A model generated the notes under the pieces. It made no database searches. It was not told where the DNA came from and saw only the letters and a list, made by a program, of their open reading frames with translations. Positions 9,672 through 22,126 of a stretch of DNA of 41,211 nucleotides are shown here, piece after piece; the stretch's first letter is position 1; each line of letters opens with the position of its first letter. The translations under genes were made by a program, and so were the position numbers. The stretch comes from an uncultured bacterium (GTDB lineage Bacteria; CAYJRR01), in the NCBI GenBank assembly GCA_964372275.1, contig CAYJRR010000023.1:1-41211 (forward strand). Direction: 5' to 3'.

Positions 9672-11257
9672 GCTTCCTCTGTCCGGCCTGCCGCACGCCG
9701 ATCCCGGCGGGGGCCGCGTCGGTCGTCACCTGCTCCGCCTGCTCCGCCGAGGTCGATCTCTCGCGCGCGGGGACCGCCGCCGGCCGGCCGCGGTTCGTGC
9801 CAGAGGCCGACCGCACCGGCTCGGTGGTCGGCGGGTTCACGCTCGATCGCCGCGTCGGCGCCGGCGGGATGGGCACGGTCTACCGCGCGCGCGCGGCCGA
9901 CGGTTCGCCGGCGGCGGTGAAGTTCCTGAGCCCGGCGCTGGCGGGCGAGCCCGACGTCGTCGCCCGCTTTCACCGGGAGGTGAAGCTGCTCCGGTCGCTC
10001 GACCATCCGGCGATCGTGCGCGTGCTGGATTCGGGGGAGGAGGACGGCGTCCCGTGGTTCGCGATGGAGTTCGTCGACGGCCGCGATCTGCGCGCACGCC
10101 TCGCCGAGGGGCGTCCGGGGGCCGAGGAGGTGGAGCGCCTCTTCGGCCGGCTCCTGGAGGCGCTGCAGGCGGTGCACGCGCACGGCGTCGTGCACCGCGA
10201 CCTGAAGCCGGCGAACGTGCTCCTGTCGAACGACGGTGCGAAGCTCGCCGACTTCGGGATCGCCCGCCCCGATCCTTCCGCCGGATCGAACGCGACGCGG
10301 CTCACCGAGACGGCGGCGATCGTCGGCACCTTCCCCTACATGTCCCCCGAACAGCGCGCGGGCGAGCCGACCGACAGCCGCTCCGACCTCTTCTCGGTCG
10401 GGGTGATGCTCTACGAAGCGCTCACCGGCCGGCTGCCGCACGGCGCGTTCGCGCCGCCGTCGGCGGTCGACCGGCGATGGGCCAAAGCGCTCGACGCCGT
10501 CGTCTCGCGCCTGTTGCAGCCGGATCCGGCGGCGCGATATCCGTCCGCCGCCGACGCGGCGCGCGCGCTGCGGACGGCGTTGCGCCCGTCGGCGTCGCCG
10601 CGAACCGTGCTGCTCGGGGGCGCCGCCGCCGCGGCGCTGCTCGCGGTCGTCTTCGTCGGATCGCGCGGCCTGTTGCCGGACGGATCGACGGGACGGGCGC
10701 CGAGCCGGGCGGCCGCACCGCCCCCGGGCGCCGCGGCGGACACGGAACGATCACCGAACGAATTCGACGCGCAGACGGTCGCCGCCGCGCAGAACGTCGC
10801 CGCGGCGTCGATCGCGCGACCCGACGAACCGAACGCGCCGCCGGACCAGACGCGCGAGGCGAACGTCGTGGCGCAGCTCGAGTCGAAGGCGAAGGTCGGG
10901 GCGGACGAGACGCCGATGCGGACCTCGTGCGACCCGACGCCGGTCCATCGGGAGCCGTCCGACGAGAGCCCCGTGGTCGCGTCCCTCCCGCCGGGAACGG
11001 CCGTCTTGCGATTGAAGACCTACCGCCGGTTCGCCGAATGGCTCCGGTTCGGCCTCGGCACGGCGGCGGGGGCGCCGGAGACCCGCCCCGCGCAGAAGGT
11101 CTTGGCCCCCTCGAGGTCGAAGGGCCTCGGCAGCTCGGTCGGCGCGAAGTCGACCCCCAGCCGCGCGTGGTATCTCGTCCGCTTCGACAAGAAGGGCAGC
11201 GGTTGGATCGACGAGCGCTGCGCCTCCCCTGCATCGGCCTCCAAGGTGGCCCTGTAA
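9668..11257 (+). CDS. Membrane Ser/Thr protein kinase with N-terminal Zn ribbon and C-terminal SH3b-like domain
   Basis: CPAC...CSAC; GAGGMGTVY, AVK, HRDLKPAN, DFG, GTFPYMSPEQ; TM VLLGGAAAAALLAVVFVG; C-terminal VHREPSDESPVVASLPPGTAV...WYLVRFDKKGSGWI; ATGA overlap with the activator gene. Confidence 0.9.
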   Translation: MSFLCPACRTPIPAGAASVVTCSACSAEVDLSRAGTAAGRPRFVPEADRTGSVVGGFTLDRRVGAGGMGTVYRARAADGSPAAVKFLSPALAGEPDVVARFHREVKLLRSLDHPAIVRVLDSGEEDGVPWFAMEFVDGRDLRARLAEGRPGAEEVERLFGRLLEALQAVHAHGVVHRDLKPANVLLSNDGAKLADFGIARPDPSAGSNATRLTETAAIVGTFPYMSPEQRAGEPTDSRSDLFSVGVMLYEALTGRLPHGAFAPPSAVDRRWAKALDAVVSRLLQPDPAARYPSAADAARALRTALRPSASPRTVLLGGAAAAALLAVVFVGSRGLLPDGSTGRAPSRAAAPPPGAAADTERSPNEFDAQTVAAAQNVAAASIARPDEPNAPPDQTREANVVAQLESKAKVGADETPMRTSCDPTPVHREPSDESPVVASLPPGTAVLRLKTYRRFAEWLRFGLGTAAGAPETRPAQKVLAPSRSKGLGSSVGAKSTPSRAWYLVRFDKKGSGWIDERCASPASASKVAL

Positions 11258-11268
11258 AGCCCCTTTAC
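11254..11268. promoter_or_regulatory. Palindrome GTAAAG-CCC-CTTTAC, candidate upstream activator site
   Basis: Perfect 6-bp AT-rich inverted repeat about 95 bp upstream of the predicted sigma54 transcription start. Confidence 0.45.
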
Positions 11269-11329
11269 GGACCGCCGTCGGGCCGGGGCGCGGTGGCCGG
11301 AACCGCCGGCGCTTTTCGTTGTCGGTGGC

Positions 11330-11345
11330 GGGTACGCCCCGTGCT
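11330..11345 (+). promoter_or_regulatory. Candidate sigma54 (-24/-12) promoter
   Basis: GGGTACGCCCCGTGCT = GG-N10-GC; SD AAGGAGGT then ATG 11387. Confidence 0.55.
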
Positions 11346-11386
11346 CCGGGAGCGGGTAGCGCCTCGACGGCGCGAAGGAGGTCCCC

Positions 11387-11779
11387 ATGGCCGATCGCTC
11401 GATTCGCCGTTTCGTGGTCGTCGGATGCGCCGCGCTCGTCTTCGGTTCGCTCGCCGTCACGGAGAAGGCGTTCGCCTGCGCCGCGTTGGAGCCGGCGCTC
11501 GTCCCGACGCGGATGCTGGTCCAGGCTCGCCGTGATCTCCTCGCCGGACGGACCGCGGTCGCGCGCGAGAAGGCGCGGTCGATCCTGCGGGACGATCCGC
11601 AGCAGGTCGGCGCGAAGGTGATCCTGGCGATCGCGCTCTGGCGCGAATCGGAACGGGAGTCGGCGATCGAGGAGGTCCGCGGGGCGTACCGGATCGACGC
11701 CAAGGCGACCGACGCCGAGCTCGATCGCGTCGACGCCGTGACCGGCGCCCGCGACCTCCGCAAGGCGGTCGAGGTCTAG
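11387..11779 (+). CDS. Small exported helical (TPR-like) protein
   Basis: Strong SD; signal-like N-terminus ending AFA; TPR-like LVQARRDLLAG...ARSILRDDP...AKVILAIALW. Confidence 0.65.
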   Translation: MADRSIRRFVVVGCAALVFGSLAVTEKAFACAALEPALVPTRMLVQARRDLLAGRTAVAREKARSILRDDPQQVGAKVILAIALWRESERESAIEEVRGAYRIDAKATDAELDRVDAVTGARDLRKAVEV

Positions 11780-11784
11780 CGTCC

Positions 11785-13098
11785 GTGCGATACGCGTTCG
11801 CCCTGCTGCTCGGCGTCGCCGCCGTCGGGGGTTCTGGCAAGCCGGCCGCCGACGACGACGCGTTGCGGGCGCGCGGGGCGGCGCTGTTCGACGCCTTCGA
11901 GTGCGGGCACTGCCACACCGCGGTGGGGCGTGCGCCGCACGCGGATCGCGGACGCTCCTGTTCCGGCTGCCACGCCTGGATCGCCGCGAGCCGCTACGAC
12001 GGCTTCGAGCGCGCGCGTGGACGCGAGACCTTTCGCGATTGGGACGCCGCAGTGCGGAACGTGGAGAGCTACCTCGCCGTCCCCGACCTCGCCGCCGCCG
12101 GGGCGAGGCTCGATCGCCGTTGGATCGCCCGTTACCTGCGCGACCCCTACCAGATTCGACCGGGTCTGAAGGAGTCGATGATCCGCGCCCCACTCGGGGA
12201 CGGGGACGCGGAGGCGCTCGCGGCGTTCCTCGGATCGTCGCGCCCGGCGCGGACCGGAAAGGCGGCCGCGGCGGCGGCGATTCCGGTCTCCACGGCGGCG
12301 TCCGACCTCGCCGAAGGGGAACGCCTCTACGCCGCCGCCGGCTGTGCGAGCTGCCACGCCTTCGGCCGGCGCGCGCCGTCCCCGGGGGTGCCGGCCGCCC
12401 CCGATCTCGCCCATGCCCGCAATCGGATGCGCCCCGCCGACATCGCCGCGTTCATCGCCGATCCGGCGGCCTTCGGCGGGCGCGTGACGATGCCCGACCA
12501 CGACCTCTCTCCGCGCGATGCGGCGCGGCTGCGCGACTTCCTCGTCGGAGCGCCGCTCGACCCCCCCGCACCCGCCGAATTCGCCGCCCGTCCGTCCGAC
12601 GCGCGTCCCGCGGTGGACGGCCCGCGCTTTGCGCTCCCTGGGGGGCTCCCCCCGGCCCCCCTGCCGCTGCTCGCGCGACCGGTCGGGTGGGACGAGGTGT
12701 CGGCGCGCGTCTTCTCCAGGACCTGCGTCCACTGCCACCTCTCGCCGGAACGGAACGCCGGCGACGGCGGGGCCGGGAACACCGGCGGACTCGGCTTCCG
12801 CGGTGTCGGCCTGGAGCTCGACACCTGGGAGGGTGCGCGGCGGGGCGCGATCGGCGCGGACGGACGACGGCGCTCGATCCTCGACCCCGATCCGGTCACC
12901 GGCGAACCGCCGCTGCGAACCCGCCTGCGCGCGCGGGCGCACGAGTGGACCCGCGAGCGGTCCCCCACCCGGTCGGATCCCCCGAGCGCGGCCCCTCTCG
13001 GAATGCCGCTCGGGCTCGCGCCGCTTTCGCCCGAGGAGATGCAGCTGGTCGAAACCTGGCTGGCGCAAGGGGCGCCGCGCGGCGGAGCGGTCCGGTGA
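11785..13098 (+). CDS. Exported multiheme c-type cytochrome (4 CxxCH)
   Basis: Signal peptide; CGHCH, CSGCH, CASCH, CVHCH; PDL...DP...M class I-like segments; C-terminal planctomycete-cytochrome-c-like segment (MPLG...LVETWLAQGA). Confidence 0.85.
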   Translation: MRYAFALLLGVAAVGGSGKPAADDDALRARGAALFDAFECGHCHTAVGRAPHADRGRSCSGCHAWIAASRYDGFERARGRETFRDWDAAVRNVESYLAVPDLAAAGARLDRRWIARYLRDPYQIRPGLKESMIRAPLGDGDAEALAAFLGSSRPARTGKAAAAAAIPVSTAASDLAEGERLYAAAGCASCHAFGRRAPSPGVPAAPDLAHARNRMRPADIAAFIADPAAFGGRVTMPDHDLSPRDAARLRDFLVGAPLDPPAPAEFAARPSDARPAVDGPRFALPGGLPPAPLPLLARPVGWDEVSARVFSRTCVHCHLSPERNAGDGGAGNTGGLGFRGVGLELDTWEGARRGAIGADGRRRSILDPDPVTGEPPLRTRLRARAHEWTRERSPTRSDPPSAAPLGMPLGLAPLSPEEMQLVETWLAQGAPRGGAVR

Positions 13099-13748
13099 TC
13101 CCCGCGCGACGTCGCCTTCTTCGTGCGGCGCTCGGGATCGTCGCCATCGCCCGGGGAGTCGCGGCCGCGCTCGTCGGCCCGCCGGCGCGGCGGGCGTTCG
13201 CCGCGCCCACGGCGGATCGCCTCGCGGCCGCGCGCGGGCGGATCGTGGCGGCGTCCGCGGCGCGCACGCGAGCGTTTCCCCTCGCCGCTCCACGGGTCGT
13301 CGTGCGGAAGGCGGAGCGCGCGCTGATCCTCTACGACGGCGAGGCCGAGATCGCGCGCTACCCGATCGCGCTCGGGCTGTCTCCCGTGGGTCACAAGCAG
13401 CGGCAAGGTGACAACCGCACCCCGGAAGGGTCGTACGCCGTCTGTTACCGGAACCCGGCCTCGGCGTTCCATCTCTTCCTCGGGCTCAACTACCCGAACG
13501 GCGCGGATGCCCGGGCCGGGCGCGGCGACGGCCGGATCGACGCCCGGACCGCGCGCCGCATCGAAGAGGCGATCGCGGCGAAGCGCCGCCCGCCGTGGGA
13601 GACGCCGCTCGGAGGGGCCGTCGGACTGCACGGCGGAGGGATCGGCTCCGACTGGACCTGGGGCTGCGTCGCCCTCGAGAACGGCGCGATCGAGGAGCTC
13701 TGGCACGCCTGCCCGCTCGGGACTCCGGTGGAGATCGTGCCCGGCTGA
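13095..13748 (+). CDS. L,D-transpeptidase (YkuD family), possible Tat signal
   Basis: GTGA overlap; ARRRLL N-terminus; VVVRKAERAL, GHKQRQGDNRTPEG, LNYPN, catalytic HGGG...WTWGCV. Confidence 0.9.
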   Translation: MIPARRRLLRAALGIVAIARGVAAALVGPPARRAFAAPTADRLAAARGRIVAASAARTRAFPLAAPRVVVRKAERALILYDGEAEIARYPIALGLSPVGHKQRQGDNRTPEGSYAVCYRNPASAFHLFLGLNYPNGADARAGRGDGRIDARTARRIEEAIAAKRRPPWETPLGGAVGLHGGGIGSDWTWGCVALENGAIEELWHACPLGTPVEIVPG

Positions 13749-13749
13749 G

Positions 13750-14274
13750 CTAACCGACGGGCAGCTCGTCGCGGCGCGGGAGCTTCACCGGGCGGGCCGG
13801 GGGGGCCTCGCCTCCGGGCTCGCGCGGGACGAGCTTGATCGGGACGACGTCGAATCCGTCGAGGCGAAGGCGCAGCTCGCGCTCACGGCGGTCGAGGTCC
13901 TCGAGTCGGGCGTCGTCGCGGAGCAGGCGGCGCGCCGATTCGAGCCGGAACAGCGCTCCGTCCAGGGCGATGCGCGCGTCGTCTCGTCGCGCCGCGGCGA
14001 TCTCGACCTCGGTTCGGCGAAGCAGCGCGTCGGCTTCGGTCACCGCCTGCGCGGCCTGCAGCCGTTGCAGCGGAATCGCCAGGCGCTCGGGGATCGTGCC
14101 GAGCGTGGGGGACGGCCGAGGGGCGCGGCGGCGCTCCGGGAGCGGGCGGACGAGCTCCGGCGCGCGCACCGGTCCATGGGCTGAAGCGACCGCCGTCGAC
14201 ACGGGGGCCGCCAGCAGCTTCAGATCGGCGGCCGACGCCAAGGTAGCCGCCGCGACGAACGTCTCGATCACCAT
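13750..14274 (-). CDS. Small putatively exported helical protein (downstream partner of paralog A)
   Basis: Hydrophobic N-terminus MVIETFVAAATLASA, Pro-rich linker, amphipathic helices; starts 13 nt after the paralog A stop; alternative start 14286. Confidence 0.55.
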   Translation of the reverse strand: MVIETFVAAATLASAADLKLLAAPVSTAVASAHGPVRAPELVRPLPERRRAPRPSPTLGTIPERLAIPLQRLQAAQAVTEADALLRRTEVEIAAARRDDARIALDGALFRLESARRLLRDDARLEDLDRRERELRLRLDGFDVVPIKLVPREPGGEAPPARPVKLPRRDELPVG

Positions 14275-14287
14275 CCTAACACCCACC

Positions 14288-16141
14288 CTACGAGGGGCGA
14301 TCCACCTTCGCGCGGAGCCCCTCGATCGTTTCCCGGGTCACCCCGCGATCGTGGTCGATCGTCGACGAGGCTTCCCAGAAGGAGAGCCTTCTACCAAGAG
14401 AAAAGGCGTTTTGGAAGCTTTCGAACGCCTCCCGTCCACCCTGGTTGTCGGCCCAGGCGTCGAACAGCTTGACCGCCGCCGCGAAGGCGCCGATCTCGTC
14501 GTCGCGGGTCGGGCGCCGCCCGTCGCGCGCCGCCTCGAACAGCACCATCTCGCGCAGAAGGCTGCCGGTGAGGGCGGTGTCGGAAAGGTGGCTGTAGGCG
14601 GCATTGACCCGCACCTTCACCACCTCGCGCCGGCCGTAGGGGCCGTCCTCCCGCACCCGTTCCAGCCGCGCCACCGGGCCGCCGGGGTCGGCGGGGGCCC
14701 AGCCGTCGGCGACGAACCGGTCGGCGATCCGTTCGAACGCCTCGCTGTAGGCCAGGATCCCGTTTGCCGCGCCGACGGCGTAGCCGATCTTCTCGCCGGA
14801 GAGGAGTCCGACCGGCGCGACGGGCGCGCGCGCGGCGACCGCGTGCGTCGAGGGCGGCTCGACCCGGCCGCAGTCGATGCCGGTGTCGTAGAGGTCGGGA
14901 ACGCCGTCGCGATCGGCGTCGACGTGGAGCAGCTTCCGCCGGTCGTCGGGCACCAGGTAGTTGTCCGGCTGCAGCTCGGTGACACGGTCGAGGCCGCGCC
15001 GGATCTGCGTCCAGGTCGCGCGGTTGGCGAGCTCCGCCAGCAACCGCTTCACCGCCCGCGGCGTGTCGGACATGTACTGCCCTTCGCGCGTGTAGATCCC
15101 GCCCAGTCGCGGATAGGCCGCTTCGATGCGCCCGGCGTTCACGTGGGACCGGCAGTTGGCGAGCAGGTAGACCTTGCGCGCATCGCGGTTCTCGGCGGCG
15201 CGGCGGATCGAGCGCGACAGCGAGCTGCCGTACTGCGAATGGAAGTTGAACACCTCCACCGCCGGCTCCTCCTTGTCCATGTCGCGGAAGATGTCGAAGT
15301 TGGCGGTCGAGCCGGCGTGCTCGTCGCGGACGCGGATCCGGAAGGTCACCGGCAGGAGGCGGCGCGCGGGGTCGTCCGGGGTGACGACGTGGTCGATCAC
15401 CAGATCGCGCCCGTCCCGGCGGATGGGGGAGCCGTGGAAGGCGTCGCGATAGAAGTCGAAGCGCCCCTCCCGGTCGGCGGAATGCACCACCACGTCGACG
15501 ACCGTGCGGCGGCCGTCGGCGCCGAAGAGGGAGGCGTAGTGAGGGGAGGACGGGAACTGCTCCTCGATCAGCCGCGCGGCGCGGGCCCGCTGGTCGGGGC
15601 GCATCGCGGAGGTGAGCCGGTCCAGGTTGAGCGCCCACTGCCGTCTCGCCGCCGGGTCCTCCTCCGCTTCGGCGGCGGCGAGCAGGCAGTCGAGGAAGTA
15701 GGCGAGATCGGCCGCGGCGCCCGGACGGGCCGAGGACCCCCGCTCGGCGGCCGCGGCGGTCGCGATCTCGCTCAGCACCATCGCCGCGTTGTAGCGGACT
15801 CGCGCGCGGTCGCAATCGCCGAGGAGGGACGGATCGCGCGCAACGGTGAGCAGCTTCGCGGCGAGCGCGCGGCGCGCGTCGAGGCCGAGCGCGGCCACGT
15901 GCGCGCGCACGGCGGCGGGATCGAGCGGCTCGGCCATCGGCGGCCGATCGGCATCGCCGCTTCCGATCGCGGCCTCCAGGTCGCGCACGAAACCGGCCAG
16001 GTCGCCGACCTCGGCGGCGCATCCCGGCGGGAGCGTCGCCTCCGTCGCACGGGCGTCCGGTTCGCCGGAGAGTCGCAGCGACGCGACGAGGATCGCCGCC
16101 GTCGTCGTCGCTCGCCGGTGGAACCGTCGCCCGCGGACCAT
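14288..16141 (-). CDS. Exported ~620-aa protein, paralog A; putative His-Cys (clan CD-like) peptidase
   Basis: GGAGG SD; signal-like N-terminus; FNFHSQYG...VYLLANC; DADRDGVPD motif; colinear similarity to 23907..25775. The CDS is solid; the function is inferred. Confidence 0.75.
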   Translation of the reverse strand: MVRGRRFHRRATTTAAILVASLRLSGEPDARATEATLPPGCAAEVGDLAGFVRDLEAAIGSGDADRPPMAEPLDPAAVRAHVAALGLDARRALAAKLLTVARDPSLLGDCDRARVRYNAAMVLSEIATAAAAERGSSARPGAAADLAYFLDCLLAAAEAEEDPAARRQWALNLDRLTSAMRPDQRARAARLIEEQFPSSPHYASLFGADGRRTVVDVVVHSADREGRFDFYRDAFHGSPIRRDGRDLVIDHVVTPDDPARRLLPVTFRIRVRDEHAGSTANFDIFRDMDKEEPAVEVFNFHSQYGSSLSRSIRRAAENRDARKVYLLANCRSHVNAGRIEAAYPRLGGIYTREGQYMSDTPRAVKRLLAELANRATWTQIRRGLDRVTELQPDNYLVPDDRRKLLHVDADRDGVPDLYDTGIDCGRVEPPSTHAVAARAPVAPVGLLSGEKIGYAVGAANGILAYSEAFERIADRFVADGWAPADPGGPVARLERVREDGPYGRREVVKVRVNAAYSHLSDTALTGSLLREMVLFEAARDGRRPTRDDEIGAFAAAVKLFDAWADNQGGREAFESFQNAFSLGRRLSFWEASSTIDHDRGVTRETIEGLRAKVDRPS

Positions 16142-16172
16142 CTCGAACCTCCGTGGAAGGCCCTGATGCCCA

Positions 16173-16188
16173 AGCAACGCCGATGCCA
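16173..16188 (-). promoter_or_regulatory. Sigma54 promoter for paralog A operon
   Basis: Minus strand TGGCATCGGCGTTGCT, near-consensus TGGCAC-N5-TTGCW. Confidence 0.72.
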
Positions 16189-16337
16189 CGGACGCGCCGC
16201 ACCGGCGTCATCGAAGGGGTCGGAACAAAAGGCGTTTTCGGCCCGGAGTGGACGTTGGGGGCGGGATGGGGGGCCGGGGTGGAAGACGGCGCCCCGCACT
16301 TGGGGCGCCGATGTCGCCCGCGCTATAAGAACGGCGC

Positions 16338-17345
<1,008 letters not shown>

Positions 17346-17356
17346 GGCCTTTCACG

Positions 17357-18292
17357 ATGCCGTCGAAGAGCCTCCCACCCGAGATCCAGCGGAAGATCCG
17401 GCGCATCCAGGTCGTCGCCGGCCGGCGCGTCGACGAGGCGTTCGCGGGACAGTTCCGTTCGGTCTTCCGCGGATCGGGGATCGAGTTCGACGAGGTCCGG
17501 GAGTACGTCGCCGGCGACGACGTCCGCGCGATCGACTGGAACGTCACGGCGCGCGCCGGCGAGCCGTTCGTGAAGCGCTACACCGAGGAGCGCGAGCGAA
17601 GACTGGTGCTCGCGGTCGACCTGTCGGGCAGTCAGCGCTTCGGCACGGCGGCGGAGCACAAGGTCGAGCTGGCGGCCGAGGTCGCGGCGGTGCTCGCGGC
17701 GACGGCGATCCGCAGCCACGACAAGGTGGGGCTGCTCGCCTTCACCGACCGCGTCGAGCTGTTCGTGCGGCCGCGCAAGGGGGCGAAGCACGCCTTCCGC
17801 GTGGTGCGGGAGGTGCTGGGATTCAAGCCGGTCGGGCGGGGCACCGACCTGGCGGGGGCGCTCGACACGCTCAACCGCGTCGTGCGCCGCGGCGCGATCG
17901 TGGTGCTGATCAGCGACTGGTGGGCCGACGGGCACGAGCGCGCGTTGGCGCGTGCCGCGCGCCGGCACGACCTGATCGCCGTCTGGCCGGTCGATCCCCG
18001 CGAGGAGGAGTTGCCCCCGGTCGGCCTGATCGCGGCGCGCGACCTGGAGAGCGGGGAGGAGATCGAGGTCGACACCTCCAGCCGCCGGACGGCCGAAGCC
18101 TACCGGGCGGCGGCGGCCGGTCGCCGCGCGAGGATCGAGGCGCAGATGCGCCGTGCCGGCTGCGACTTGGTGGAGGTCCGGACGGGCGAAGACTACGTCG
18201 CGCGCCTGCGTCAACTGTTCGACCGCCGCGCCCGCCGCGCGCGAAGGGGCGCCGGTGGGGTGATCGCCGGATCGGCGGGGGGGCGGAAATGA
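17357..18292 (+). CDS. DUF58 domain protein
   Basis: GSGIEFDEVREYVAGDDVRAIDWNVTAR, VDLSGS, VLISD. Confidence 0.93.
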   Translation: MPSKSLPPEIQRKIRRIQVVAGRRVDEAFAGQFRSVFRGSGIEFDEVREYVAGDDVRAIDWNVTARAGEPFVKRYTEERERRLVLAVDLSGSQRFGTAAEHKVELAAEVAAVLAATAIRSHDKVGLLAFTDRVELFVRPRKGAKHAFRVVREVLGFKPVGRGTDLAGALDTLNRVVRRGAIVVLISDWWADGHERALARAARRHDLIAVWPVDPREEELPPVGLIAARDLESGEEIEVDTSSRRTAEAYRAAAAGRRARIEAQMRRAGCDLVEVRTGEDYVARLRQLFDRRARRARRGAGGVIAGSAGGRK

Positions 18293-19257
18293 CCCCGGGT
18301 CTCGCCGCGGCGCTCTTCGCGCTCACCGCCACCGCGAGCGTGCGCACCACGTCGGTCGAGGTTGGCGAGCCGGTCGCCGTCACGGTCGCGGTGCACGCGC
18401 GTCCCGGGGCGATCGTCACCCTTCGCCTGCCCGACCCGAACCTGCCGGCGCTCTCCGTCGACGATCGCGGCGCGCGCATGGCGCAGGCGGGGGACGACGG
18501 CGAGGCGCGCTTCTCGTTCGAGGTGGTGCCGTGGGTCGACCGCGAGGTCACGATCCCGCCGGCCACGGTCGAAGTCGGGGGAATCGGCTCGGTGCGGACC
18601 AACGCGGTGACGCTCCGGCCGTTCAATCCCGCGGGGACGAACGCCGCGTCGGCCCCCGTCCACGACATCCGAGACATCCGCCCGTTCCCGGTGCGCCCGT
18701 CGTTCCTCCCGTGGATCGTCGGCGGCGCCCTGCTCGGTCTCGCCTGGATCCTGCTGCGCCCGAAGAGGGCGCCGGCGCCGGTGGCCGGCCTGCCGCAACC
18801 GGAGCCGGTCGTCGCCGATCCGGGGGTTCCGCTCGCGGCGTGGGTGGAACGGGTGCGCCGCATCGCCGACGATCCGCCGCGCGAGCCCGGTCCGCTGCGC
18901 GAGGCGCACTTCGTCATCGCCGAGGCGGTCCGCCGCTTTGTCGAGGAGCGATGGGAGATCCCGGCGACGCGGCAGACGACCGAGGAGTTCTTGCGGGACG
19001 TGGCAGAGAAGACCGCCTGGGGCTCGCGCGGGCTGTCTGCGCCGCGCGGCATCGCGATGCTCCCGGCGGTGCTGGAGGCCTGCGACAGCGTGAAGTGGGG
19101 GAGCGCCCGGGTCGACGCGTCGGACGCGGTGACGCTCGCCCGGCGCGCGCTCGAACTGTTCGCCGCCAGCCGGAACGCCCTGTCGCCGCCGGCCGACGGA
19201 GTCCCGCCCGGTGGCGCGGCGCCCGCACCGGGTCCCCCCGCGGGAGGGGCGACGTGA
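18289..19257 (+). CDS. Bat-operon membrane protein (Ig-like domain + TM; DUF4381/BatD-like)
   Basis: ATGA overlap; signal, VEVGEPV, VHDIRDI, TM helix, RRFVEERW...QTTEEFL...CDSVKW. Confidence 0.75.
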   Translation: MTPGLAAALFALTATASVRTTSVEVGEPVAVTVAVHARPGAIVTLRLPDPNLPALSVDDRGARMAQAGDDGEARFSFEVVPWVDREVTIPPATVEVGGIGSVRTNAVTLRPFNPAGTNAASAPVHDIRDIRPFPVRPSFLPWIVGGALLGLAWILLRPKRAPAPVAGLPQPEPVVADPGVPLAAWVERVRRIADDPPREPGPLREAHFVIAEAVRRFVEERWEIPATRQTTEEFLRDVAEKTAWGSRGLSAPRGIAMLPAVLEACDSVKWGSARVDASDAVTLARRALELFAASRNALSPPADGVPPGGAAPAPGPPAGGAT

Positions 19258-20209
19258 CGTTCCGCGATCCGGTCCTGTTCGCGTGGATCGCGGTGCCGCT
19301 GCTCGCGGGCGCGCTCGCGTCGTGGCGCGGCCGGCGCTGGCACGTCTCGGTCCCGTCGGCGGCTCCGTTCCGCGGAGGGCCGGGGGTGCGGCGGATCGCC
19401 CGCGGCGCGCTGCCGGCGGCGCGACTGGTGGGCGTGGCGCTGCTGGTCGCGGCCGCGGCGCGCCCGATCGGCGACCGCGTCCGCCTTCCGGTCGAGGGGG
19501 AGGGGATCGACATCGCGCTGGTGGTCGACGTTTCGGGGAGCATGAAGGCGGAGGACCTCGCGCCGGGGAGGACGCGCCTCGACGTGGTGAAGCAGGTGGT
19601 GAAGGAGTTCGTGCGCGGGCGCGTCGGCGATCGGATGGGGCTGGTCGCATTCGCGCGCTACCCGGTGATGGCCTGCCCCTTCACCCTCGACGCCGAGACG
19701 GTGGCGGCCTTCGTCGACCGTCTGGAGATCGTCTCCCTCCGCGACGAGGACGGAACCGCGATCGGCGCCGGGCTCGCCCAGGCCGTCCGGCGCCTGAAGC
19801 GGAGCGATGCCGCCTCCAAGGTCGTCGTCCTCCTCACCGACGGCGTGAACAACGTCGACGACGTCACGCCGGAGGAAGCGACGCGGTTGGCGGCGGCGCT
19901 CGGGATCCGGGTCTACACCATCATGGCCGGCCACGACCGCGGGCTGCGCTCGATCTTCCGCGGCACCGAAGAGGCCGACATGAGGGCGCTGGTCGACATT
20001 GCGCGCGCCACCGGCGGCCGCTTCTATCGCGCGCAGGACGCCGCGGCGCTCGCCGGGATCTACCGCGACATCGACCAGCTCGAGACCTCGACCTTCGAAG
20101 AGGCCCGCTTCGAGTCATTCGAGGACCGTTTCCGTCCGTTCGCGCTCGGCGGTCTGACGCTGCTGATCCTGGCGTCGATCGCCGACCACAGCGTGCTGCG
20201 GAGGCTGCC

Positions 20210-20213
<4 letters not shown>
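19254..20213 (+). CDS. batA: vWA domain protein, BatA-like
   Basis: MIDAS DVSGS, DRMGLVAFA, GTAIG, LLTDGVNN, TGGRFYRA; N- and C-terminal TM segments; GTGA overlap. Confidence 0.88.

Positions 20214-22122
<1,909 letters not shown>

Positions 22123-22126
<4 letters not shown>

Noticed and set aside
16287-16310. Perfect 9-bp inverted repeat CGGCGCCCC/GGGGCGCCG upstream of moxR
   Set aside because: It is all-GC and plausible by chance, lies between divergent genes so is not a terminator, and has no counterpart at the paralog B promoter. It could still be a binding site.
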